A stretch of 60,283 nt of DNA, taken from Negaprion brevirostris. Lineage: Eukaryota. The position numbers and the translations under genes are program-made. The notes under the pieces are model-generated. The model was not told where the DNA came from and ran no database searches. It saw only the letters and a list, made by a program, of their open reading frames with translations. The DNA lies in the NCBI GenBank assembly GCA_030324005.1, contig JARDVH010000121.1, positions 9,326,438 through 9,386,720 of the forward strand, given 5' to 3'. Below are positions 49,378 to 60,283 of this stretch, piece by piece (within the stretch, counting starts at the first letter, position 1; each line of letters starts with the position of its first letter).

Positions 49378-52090
49378 NNNNNNNNNNNNNNNNNNNNNNN
49401 NNNNNNNNNNNNNNNNNNNNNNNNNNNNNNNNNNNNNNNNNNNNNNNNNNNNNNNNNNNNNNNNNNNNNNNNNNNNNNNNNNNNNNNNNNNNNNNNNNNN
49501 NNNNNNNNNNNNNNNNNNNNNNNNNNNNNNNNNNNNNNNNNNNNNNNNNNNNNNNNNNNNNNNNNNNNNNNNNNNNNNNNNNNNNNNNNNNNNNNNNNNN
49601 NNNNNNNNNNNNNNNNNNNNNNNNNNNNNNNNNNNNNNNNNNNNNNNNNNNNNNNNNNNNNTTTTATAAAGCTTTTTTCTTCGAAGTCCATGATGTTTTT
49701 TTCTTAGTTTCCCTGTCTGCACCCCATGACACATCTCCTTGTGTCATGAAACCTTGTTTCACCAAGCCAAGAGGCGGAATAGAAATAATTCTTATCCCCT
49801 TGACCCCCTAGATTCCACAATGTTATCTTTCATTGTGTAAACATAACGATGGATGAGTCATCTTATGAAATTTAAATCCAGACCCATGCTCCATCTGATC
49901 CAATGGCACTTCCCATTTAAGCGTTCGATTAATCACATCCGGCCCTACTGTTAACCAAATTAAAGGGAGGCCATTGAATACCTTGTCCCATTATATTGAA
50001 CTGTTGAACTACCTGCCTTACTTCGTGATGTTACTACCAGTGGTGTGCACTTAATGCACACAAATTCCCTCTGCAGTCGAAATGACTTACCTTTGCGTGT
50101 CGGCAATTCTTTTCCATCCGAACTTTCACCATGAGGTATGGCGTGAGCACTCGACTCATATATTCCAAATCAGCGCAATCAGCGACATGTAAGTCATAAC
50201 CACAGGGGTTCAAATATATTTTCGGCTCCAATCAAGTTTCAACATAATCGACAACACGACTGTAAAGGCTGAATTCGGGACGTTGCGATCCTGTCTGCCC
50301 TGGCATGAAGACTCGGGGTCAGTGTACGTCCTAAGCAAAGGCGGTGAGTCTGGAAATATGTCTGGTCTTGGGATTAGAGGTGAAGTTGCTATCTATTTCC
50401 ATTCTTAACGGGATGTAGTGGAGTCGATCTGTCCTCGGGTAGGTCTGGCCATGCGTGGCCGGTACGTTTTTTTTTTCGGTGAGGCTGCGAAGGGAATTTA
50501 AGTGACTGCTATTGGATCAAGGATATCCAGACGTCAGAAAGAGCGGACTGACCCATTTGTTTATTTAAATGCTGCTATAAGATCGTACTTTCTTTCGGAA
50601 TTGTATTTTTAATGTGGAGCGTCGCCCAGTATTTTGCAGAAGGTTGGACATTTCACGTTAGAATGATGTCATGTTCACTACAATCCAAATGGAGTTTTAC
50701 CAAATGCAATACGTCACTGGCTCAGAAGCTAGACTTGGTTTTGAATCTTGTCAAGTGTTATGCACAACTATTGTTGTTGTACAAATGGAAACATTTGAAC
50801 CGTCCAATAGATGGCAATTATAATCTCAATTTTGTACTTTGGACGGTGCAATTTTTGTTTTCAAAACAGGTGTAACTTCATATTATACAAACTTATTTTC
50901 CTGAGGCGAATCGTCTCCAATAATCCCGTGAAATCTTCTGCAGTCTGTGGGGGTGATTTTTTTTTTTTCTGAATCTGCCTGTGGGTTGAGGACGGTCCCG
51001 ATCACAATTGTCGGCGAGGCAAACGACGCTCAGCGCTTGGCCAGGTATATGTTGCACTCTTATATTTTACCATGGACTAAAATCTGCATAAATAGTAACG
51101 CCAGTTCACAAGTATATGAATCGTGCCCAGTTTTGACGTTCGTATCTATTCACTGCCATTGACTGCTTCTGGGGATTTTTAACGTTTGCTTCCAAGTCAA
51201 TTTCACATTTCCCTAAAATACTTGATGCTCACTTGTGGGCTATCTTAATAACACAATATTAGTTGTGTTGCTCGCTTACTTAGACGAACTCCAGATTGCT
51301 TAATTATTACAGGACATGCGATAAGACATGCGATTTTATCATTTGGCTCAACCTGTTAAACTGTTCGTTGTTTTTGTATTTTAGTTCATTCTACTTGTAA
51401 CATTTTCTGGAAATGGAGCTACACTGTCACACAACTATATTCATCTTAACAATATTTCATTAATTAGTTGGTATTTCGTGTTCCCTGGCATATTTGGTTG
51501 CAGATACGAGGTTCAAATCGCATTTAACTATAACAGATGACTTCCCACCACCTCATGGTCAATAATCCAGGACCATTATCCCCAGTGTTTACTCTCGAAT
51601 GCCATTTGTAGTTTCTCAGAATAAACCTGGTCTTTTTTATATTCCAGAATTGACCCGTAAGTAATATCTAACGATTTGCTGCGGTACATCTGCATTTTAG
51701 GAGGATCACAACTTGTTTTTTTTAGCAAATGCTGATACATAAAAAAAGGATCAAACCTACAGGCTGCCTATCCTTCACTCCGGCCGCATCCCAATGCATC
51801 TCACACTAATGTTTTCTTCCGCTACTCAATGATTGAGATTGTTATCTGTGGTAGCTTAGAAGCAACACATCGATCTGGAATTAGAAATAAAGGAATAATT
51901 CATTTACCAATTTAAATTACCAGAAACACTGTATTTCCTGTACTTTCTGAACAACCCAGGAGCAGATCCGGTTCACCCTCACCTTCAACACCGACCCCCG
52001 CCACTAATCATAACTGTATCCCTGAATTTAAGTTGTGCAAGGGAATTTGCTTTGACTGCATTCACCAGGAAGAAACATTGCTGGCACCAG

Positions 52091-52155
52091 TGCGCGCGCG
52101 CGCGCGTGTGTGTGTCTGTGTCTGTGTGACTGTTTGTGTGTGTACGTGTGTGTGC
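52091..52155. repeat. (GC)n followed by imperfect (GT)n alternating purine-pyrimidine tract
   Basis: tgcgcgcgcgcgcgcgtgtgtgtgtctgtg... Confidence 0.95.
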
Positions 52156-52815
52156 CTTTCAAGAGAGAACAAGGCCCCGCTGTAATTAAGCCCTCAATCA
52201 CCTGTTGTCTCTGTATCACAAATACAAGCATGGTGAGAATTCTCTAAACGAATTTGTTGATGAATGTCTGCATGTCTTTACCAAGGAGTTCATTCTGTTA
52301 GAGTCTAACGTGGGAGTGTCTTTGAATCGGTGATCCCCTGCACCCTAAGTCATTCAATATGTTGGAACATTACATTCCGGAATGAGAAACTCGTATTTGT
52401 CTCAACCTTCGAAAACAAGTGCAACGTTTTTTTTTGTTTCCCAAGCTATGCACAAACAAGCACATAGGCGCACACACCTGTATTTTCTTTGGCACTACAG
52501 AGAAACACTGTTTTATAATCTCCATAATCAAGCCCATTTGTGTTCTGAAAGATTAGTTCTGATGTGACCGCTTTTAATATTAAGCATCACCAATGCATCG
52601 CTGCATTCAGTAATACATTTCGAATCGGCTAGAATAAGGAATTTTGTAGCCAGTGCAATTAACCTTTCCCTTAAAAATCACTGATCTTCGCAAATGATAC
52701 GAGTTCTTTATTTCTCCTCTGAAGGGAAACATGGATAATATATGAGTCACATTTGGTTTGTGACTAAATAGTTTTAAAAAAATCATTCCAGAAATAACAA
52801 AAGGTATTGAATTAC

Positions 52816-52845
52816 CTTTATTGCGTCCCTTTTCTCTCATTCTGT
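52816..52845 (-). CDS. Candidate 30-nt phase-1 micro-exon ((D)RMREKGRNK)
   Basis: cttttgtttctcgggaatag|exon|gtaatt. Confidence 0.2.
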
Positions 52846-53099
52846 CTATTCCCGAGAAACAAAAGCCAAAAGGGACAGTTGAATTCACAATTATCAATTG
52901 TGGAAATTTTGAGGGCTCCAAATAAGCACTGTATGTCCGTTAGTTGCTGAATGACATTACGATGCGTGCCCTATTAACACAGTGACTGCCATTAAACATA
53001 ACTCTGTATAAACCATTGAAGAACGACGTAAAACTTTGATACTATTGGTATCCTGCCTTGTGTAACCTTTTGTCTAATATGAAAAAATATGGTTTGAGT

Positions 53100-53300
53100 G
53101 AGCGACACGATGGTAACATGTTTCACACTGCAGCTTCACAGCGCCAAGGACCCGTGAACAATTTCAACCTTTGTTGACTGCCTGACTGTCCATAGTTTTG
53201 CACGATGGACCATGGTAAATTATCACTTAGTCCCCCAAGATGAGTAGCTGAGAGGGGTGACAGGGATAATCTTGTGCGTTCATGGATTCTTCTGTTGGAA
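53100..53300 (+). mobile_element. Degenerate HE1-type SINE
   Basis: gcgacacgatggtaacatgtttcacactgcagcttcacagcgccaaggaccc head. Confidence 0.65.
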
Positions 53301-54593
53301 AATCGGTGCATATTGGAATGGTTTCCTTCCGGAGTGTGTTGATTCTACGAAGTCAACGTGTTTTGAGTAAAAAACTTCGTTGGGAGTTAAAGCATCGGGA
53401 GAATATATTATGATGCACAAATATATATTTGTTTTTTTATGTGTGGGATGAGAGGGGACTGGAAGCTGCAGTTGAACATAGGGAGTGACAAATTTAAACA
53501 GAACATGATCGAAAACTGAAAATAAATTCATTTTTGATAAACAGCAGAATGGAATCCAAGGCTCCAATCGTATGGACGACTCCAATATATACCAATAATA
53601 CTAAACAGGTCACTTAAAAAATGAACAGTCATGACTGTCAAGTAAAATACATTTTCTATAGGCTGACGCGTGTTATCATCGATCACATGATGCGTGAGTG
53701 GGCATATTGTCGTTGAATGTCATGTTATAGTTCCCACTCGTACTATGATCAACTGGAAGACAGAACAGGGGGAAGGGGTGCGTGGGTGGAATCAGAGGGT
53801 CTATCTCCTGTGTATGCACGTTTGACAAATGTGTAGCCTTCATGTTCTTTTTTTTTAATTTCACGATAAATCTCCACAGGATTACAGTGGAATCTTGAAA
53901 GAAATACATGAAATAATGTTGTTTGCCTGAATCTGTCTCGTCAATGGGCAGCTTTGCATGTGCATATGATGTGATCATAACGAGCATTCTTGCATGATCC
54001 TTGCTCCGCTGGCATTTTGGAAAATGTGTCTGTTGCATTACTAGATTCCTAATTCAATCCGCTTTTAAAACTAAAACTGGTTAATTCAAACGCTGAACTC
54101 AAAGCAGTTAACTCAGTCCGTCTCACATAAAATACTTCTGAAACCTGCGATTCTGCAAGATTGGATGCAAAGTGGACAATGGTTGTCCATTCCAGGCATC
54201 TCTCTGCAATTTATGCAAGTCAACTGGTGTTACACAACATCTGGTTTAATCTAGCAGAATGTGCATAAACTTCGGACGAGACATACCCTTTCGAATGAAA
54301 AAAAAACTATCATCAACAGATGGTCAAACTGCATTCCTAAAAACAAAACACATTACCGCAGCTTTGTTCAGATTGAACAATAAGCAAATAGCCCCACAAA
54401 AATAGGAAAACCTTTTGCCAAACCATCGATGAAACCCAATTCAATTACGAATCTCGGTCCTCGTTGAATGAAAGTATATTCGACCTAAATAAAAAGTAAT
54501 TCCGACATTTTGAAGCGTACTGCACCCTCGATAATCCAGCATTTCTTTGCGCTATGGTGCACTATGTCCAAACTGATACACATTTTTTCTTAC

Positions 54594-54623
54594 CTGAAGG
54601 AGTGCGAGGTGCTTTTGGTCCTG
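54594..54623 (-). CDS. Candidate 30-nt (or 27-nt via NAGNAG) phase-1 micro-exon ((A)GPKAPRTPS)
   Basis: ttttcaatgtttctag|caggacc...ccttcag|gtaaga; strong donor. Confidence 0.3.
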
Positions 54624-57004
54624 CTAGAAACATTGAAAACATTTATAAATGCAGGAGCTAACATAGGCATATGAAGAGACCATGATAACAGTGAAATAGT
54701 TTTATTCTCTGATGCATCGAAGATTCTAAGTGCCTCGGCGGCTGAAATATGCCATTGTCAGGAACGACGAAAAATAGTAATTTCTTCGGATATTGAAGTT
54801 GTTGCAGAGCGATGCAAACTAATCTTAGACATCAGCAATTTATGAATGAATGTGGGATTTACCATCCTACCCAAATGAAAGAAAAATGGTAATGACACAC
54901 TAAAAGAAAACAAAACCGGTTTTGCTGTATTTTCCTTTTTGTTTTGTAAAACTTCAAGGAACAAGTAAACAGTTAAAGTAGGGAAAAGGATATGTGCATT
55001 TTGTACCTGAAAGGAAAGGGGTAATGGACTTTGTACCTAGAATATGTCACAAACATAACCCATCATCGTTACTGATCTCCTTGAGTTTATATTGTTCCTG
55101 GCATTTATATAAGTTATTTGTTCATGTCTTGCATGTTTTAACTTTCATTTGTATAATGACAGATAGTTTAATGTGGCTGTTATGTTGTTGACTTTGTAAA
55201 TCGTACCTATTTGTGTTAGTTAGACATTGTTACACAGATGGTAATTTACGATACCGGCTTTTAACAGCTGCTGATGGCAGATCACGATATAGGCTTTTAA
55301 CAGAAAGAGTCCTGCTGGGGCTGCCACGGTCGCACAAGTAACTTCAAAGAAGAGATGCCGGGACTGATGCAGAAGGGGTCGCCTATGTCCTGATTAACTC
55401 TGGGGTTGCATCACGACCGAGGAAGGAAGAACTGGAGGTCTGGCAGGATTTGTAACTTTGAGTCGTGATTCCTGCTGAAGCTCATATTGTATAAATGTCC
55501 ACTTGTGTTTGTGTTCTATGAGCAGTCTGGTAAACCTTAATCGGAGCCAATTTCTCCCCAAAGCTTNNNNNNNNNNATTTTACCTACAACACTATTATCC
55601 ATTCTTGAGGAAATTGTTTTACATTATGGTTTGAGAGAATACATATATTTTAATTTAATTACACTAGTTTGGACATTGTTTGCATCAAAACTGATATCAT
55701 TCCACAAAGGTTATCTTTCTCATGGAACAACCTGTCATATTTAGAACAATTTGCTTGGAATTTCAGTTCCCTCACCAGTTGATATCAAGCACTTGTGCAC
55801 TCATTAGACATAGTACATGGTTTGACTTTTTTGAGCTCGATGAAATTTTAGTAAGAAATAACCTTGGTGCTGAAAATCATAATAGTGGAATAGTTTGGTG
55901 TTGGATGCACACGAGCTTCCCTTGTTCATGCATTTCAATCATTTTAATGTCTTTTTTTTTGCAGAGACTCCTTTTTTTCAGGATGATACAAATGCACAGC
56001 TTTAATCTTTTGTGTTACTCATATCAAGCTTGTGTATGTTTGCCCTGAACTCTACCGGTCATTATACAGACAAGATCATATATTCACATCATGTAGAACG
56101 TTCCGTTTCACGTTTAATTGATTTCAATTCTCTTGACACGATGAAAATTATTATGTGCATGATTATATGATTACACGGCTACAAGAAATGTATATTTATG
56201 TTTGAAAATGAGGATGAAGTAAGGGCATACAAATAAATATCAAGTGGCAAAATTGTTATCTTGCTGCAACAAAATACATGTTGAGGGGGTACAAGGTGCT
56301 GCGGTGAGAAAAATACGTTCAAGCAAAATAAATATTGGGGGCAACTCCTCCAGAAAACACCATTAATACCAGATATATGAAAGTGTTTTTTTCTCAGAAT
56401 TGATGGAATAATTGAATTAAATATTTATATATAGATTGGTGCTTAGAGCTGCTGAGCGTAAATATCTTTGAAAAGAGAGGTTTTTTTTTCCGGAAAATCA
56501 AACGTTCGATTTGAGAACATGTTTAACAGCATTTCGGCATTTTAAAATTCTCCGTCCTGTTTTCTCTCCTCAATTTCAGGAATGAAAAAGTATAGCTTAA
56601 ACAGTATTAAATGTGCATATGAACATATTGCTGCATTTGCACTAAAAGTGTCCCACGATTTGCCTTGTTTCAGAATTGCAGTAATACGGTTTTCTTAAGC
56701 ACACGCAGAAATGCCTGAATAATGTAATGAAAACTATGATTTCACTTATTTTGGAGAACTAAAATGATTGATTTATACTCGTGTTTGCACAAACAGTCAT
56801 GGGTTTGATCAATAGTTTTCACAACTCTTGATACACGTTTAAACAAGACGAGAAGATAATAACAAATCCTTCTATGTCGCGGACTACTTTGCAGTTGGCA
56901 CAGTGCCACGTTTATTGGCACAACTGCCTCTGTGTGTTAGGGACCACTTTGATTCTAGCCCTGTTTGGTGGTTGTATGTTCATGCCATGTTTACGTGTAT
57001 TGCC

Positions 57005-57200
57005 TTAGGGTGTTCTGGTCCTCCCCCACAGTGCAAAGGTGTGCAGGCTGGGTGGATTGGTAGGGGTTAATTGCTTATTAGACTCCAACGATGACAGAAT
57101 TTCGTGGATTCCCCATACTGATTTGTGGGCTAATATTGATAAGGTGGCAGGGTGGTTTGGATTATATACTGTTTCGAAAAGTCGACTCTGATTTGATGTT
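57005..57200 (+). mobile_element. HE1-type SINE fragment
   Basis: gggtgttctggtcctcccccacagtgcaaaggtgtgcaggctgggtggattgg. Confidence 0.7.
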
Positions 57201-59879
57201 CGAATTATGGCTGCATTGATGATGTACGGAACGCATTGCGATGCATCACTGTTGAAGCAAGATAACTGGTGGAGGGGAGAATTGTTGAGCTGGAGACGGT
57301 CAAAATCATTGTGGCTTAACATGTAATTGGGAACATAGACATTCGTGAGCAAATATTCCGAAAGAGAGCAGTCTTCATATAAAAAGAAAGGGCAAGGTGC
57401 AGTGTAGGAAACGATNNNNNNNNNNNNNNNNNNNNNNNNNNNNNNNNNNNNNNNNNNNNNNNNNNNNNNNNNNNNNNNNNNNNNNNNNNNNNNNNNNNNN
57501 NNNNNNNNNNNNNNNNNNNNNNNNNNNNNNNNNNNNNNNNNNNNNNNNNNNNNNNNNNNNNNNNNNNNNNNNNNNNNNNNNNNNNNNNNNNNNNNNNNNN
57601 NNNNNNNNNNNNNNNNNNNNNNNNNNNNNNNNNNNNNNNNNNNNNNNNNNNNNNNNNNNNNNNNNNNNNNNNNNNNNNNNNNNNNNNNNNNNNNNNNNNN
57701 NNNNNNNNNNNNNNNNNNNNNNNNNNNNNNNNNNNNNNNNNNNNNNNNNNNNNNNNNNNNNNNNNNNNNNNNNNNNNNNNNNNNNNNNNNNNNNNNNNNN
57801 NNNNNNNNNNNNNNNNNNNNNNNNNNNNNNNNNNNNNNNNNNNNNNNNNNNNNNNNNNNNNNNNNNNNNNNNNNNNNNNNNNNNNNNNNNNNNNNNNNNN
57901 NNNNNNNNNNNNNNNNNNNNNNNNNNNNNNNNNNNNNNNNNNNNNNNNNNNNNNNNNNNNNNNNNNNNNNNNNNNNNNNNNNNNNNNNNNNNNNNNNNNN
58001 NNNNNNNNNNNNNNNNNNNNNNNNNNNNNNNNNNNNNNNNNNNNNNNNNNNNNNNNNNNNNNNNNNNNNNNNNNNNNNNNNNNNNNNNNNNNNNNNNNNN
58101 NNNNNNNNNNNNNNNNNNNNNNNNNNNNNNNNNNNNNNNNNNNNNNNNNNNNNNNGCTAATCTCATTTACTGCAACCTCGCGAAGAGATGAGGTCTACCT
58201 GTATGACAGCTATTCTAAACATACATTGAGAGAAGAAGGAGAATCGTTAACTAGAATCTATATGTGATTTAATACGATCTACAACTGGCATTTTTTTTCC
58301 TCACAATTCAGTTAGAAGTATCAAATCGCATTCAATTTACATTTTCAAATCGTTTCCCTTGCAAAACAATTCAGATCATTTCTGCAAAGTGCCGCTCAAT
58401 CTTTATTTCGGATCAACTGAGGGGTGCGAAACAGATTGAGATGGTTCTGCAGCGCGAAATTATCTTGTTAATGATTGAATTACTGTTGAGATATTGAATT
58501 CAATCCTGGCAAGAGACAGGGAAACTGACGAAGTTAACGGAAATCCATCCATGAAGATGTCTTTCAGCTCCACTTCCAGGAAGGGTAGTGTTAGAGAAGA
58601 TCCATATAAATTTAGTACGGCACATCGAAAGATAAATAGTTAATGGTGAAAAGAAAAGGTGACGCTATGGTTGATGTCATATGAGTAAGAAAATAATACA
58701 ACAACCACGCCTAATAAACGGTTTTAAGATGTGAATGCAAAAAAGTAGAATGACACACAACGTAAATGGGAATTCAAAAGTTTTCAACAGTTACATCGGT
58801 AACAATCTCTCGGTGACTCCCTCGCTGCAGGACTCTGAAACATTGGGGTAATTCTGGTCCCAAGACATCGAACAACATGTTGCCGCAAAGTTCAACTTTA
58901 TTTTGTGCTATTGCTGTTTACTGAGAAGATTTCAAAAAGACATACCTCTCGAAATGATTTTTGTTTAAAAATCGTCTAACTTCTTCGATTTTGTTGCAGT
59001 AAGAAATGCCTCGAAGAAAGCCTCAAAAGTAACTAATTCCAATGAATTGCGCCTACCATATCAAAAAGAGTCTGCGACTGAATTCACTGAATATGGCTTA
59101 AAAAACAACTACAGGCTTTGCAAGGAATGAGTGTGATTGTTGGATGGGATGGAATCTTCGGGATATCCAGGCCATTATTTTCAACTGGAATCGCAAACAG
59201 TCAGGCGAAGTAACGTAGGTACCAGAAGCGTTCCATATTGAGGTGGTGGAGGCATTTAATAGTAGTCGTATCCTTCACTTCAAGCAGGCAGCATAATGGA
59301 ATATGATGCATGCAAGCACCGAAACCGATTATTGACTAGAAATGGCGGGGCAACGGGTGTAATTCTGAAGTCTGCCATGAATCTGATTAGCTCAAGCTGG
59401 CTGAGGAATGACGAAGTTTGCATGATTAAAAGACGTCTTAATATATAATGCCGCATTTGCCGCACTACAGATTATGAAGTTAAGATGTGTACCTTATGAA
59501 ACGTACCGACTGACAGAAAATATACCTGAAATTCGCATTCATGGTTCATACGTTTATTGAAAATGTTGGAGGAAAGTCTATGGTCCATTAACAGAACATG
59601 TTTTTCTCTGATAAGACATTTTTTTCTCTCTCTCATTCATGCATACGTATTGGGAACTTTGTGGAAAGGAAACATTCATTATGAGGAGGCCATTGCTGAG
59701 AGATATCATTTGTACGGAGAGATTGGAGACCTTAGAAGTCGGTATTGTTCTTAGGAAAAAATAAGTCTGAAAATGCTGAAGTGACGCAACAAGGCAGACA
59801 TAGAGAACAATGTTACCATTTTCATTCTAAGTGCTGAATCTGGGTGCAATTCAGATTCGACTGGTAACATATTTTCAGG

Positions 59880-60283
59880 CAAAGCCGTCGGCAGTTTGCC
59901 TTAAAAAGTAATCGCGCCTCCGAACTGCGCTGCGGGCGATGCTTAGTTCGCCCGAAACGAACGCAGCTCTGACCTGCTCATGCGCACTTTGAAATAAATT
60001 GGAAAGCGTGCCTCTGTCACAACGCACCCAGGAGACCCCGAATTGATGGCTCCCCGCAAACATTACAAACACTCCCACAAAATAACTTTCCCCTTGACCC
60101 ACAGCCTCCAACCCCACCCCCGTGCTCAAACCGATCGCGACCTCCTGTCCCCTTCCCACACACAGTTACTGCCGGCCCCCTCCGCTGCACAACCTCGCCC
60201 CCGCGCCCCCCCCCCTCCCACCAATGAGCAATCGGGGGATCGTGCCTCCCCACCACGAGAGAGACATCTTACCCGCCCCATCC
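59880..60283 (-). promoter_or_regulatory. CpG-island-like region with a probable first-exon donor on the minus strand
   Basis: Abrupt GC and CpG rise, C-runs with GC-box-like sequence, catgcgca (NRF1-like) at ~59979; minus strand reads ggATGGGGCGG|gtaaga with the intron GT at 60272-60271. Confidence 0.5.

Noticed and set aside
51630-51665. Plus-strand 9-nt micro-exon-like site (ttccag|aattgaccc|gtaagt); similar sites at ~47784, ~52202 (minus) and ~59000
   Set aside because: They are isolated, with no paralog conservation or compatible neighbouring exons, and are expected by chance in 60 kb.
52978-53014. cacagtg...gtataaacc resembling a V(D)J recombination signal
   Set aside because: The spacer is 21 bp, the nonamer is poor, and there is no upstream V segment ending in YYC or partner RSS. 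The duplicated units show no Ig/TCR domains.
55228-55591. tgtt...aaca-bounded segment resembling a solo LTR
   Set aside because: No TSD, no second copy in the window, and it is interrupted by a gap; support is insufficient.
59880-60283. Possible rDNA spacer or snRNA promoter
   Set aside because: No rRNA, U-snRNA or 5S sequence is visible; a Pol II first exon and intron fits better.

Overview
This is eukaryotic, largely non-coding DNA from a fragmented draft scaffold. The repeat content (HE1-type SINEs, CR1, Rex1/Babar, Tx1 and Penelope-like elements) points to a cartilaginous fish, probably a shark; that assignment is inference. No long intact ORF, rRNA, tRNA, snRNA or CRISPR array is evident, and the recognisable ORFs are transposon relics. 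Bases 1-35,000 hold at least three diverged copies of a ~15 kb segmental-duplication unit, with contigs broken and apparently mis-ordered at young CR1 insertions. The most interesting signal is a set of tiny minus-strand candidate exons (14/17, 27 and 45 nt). Their length, phase and, in one copy, all splice sites are preserved across a strongly diverged paralog, which suggests an unannotated micro-exon gene family. Bases 36,800-43,000 contain a decayed retrovirus-like element: gag-pro-pol-like on the minus strand and env-like on the plus strand. Bases 44,000-47,500 are a complex rearranged block with inverted repeats, a perfect 50-bp templated copy and two solo LTRs. Bases 47,500-60,283 carry further candidate minus-strand small exons and end in a CpG-island-like region. 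All identities are by-eye estimates and TE boundaries are approximate.
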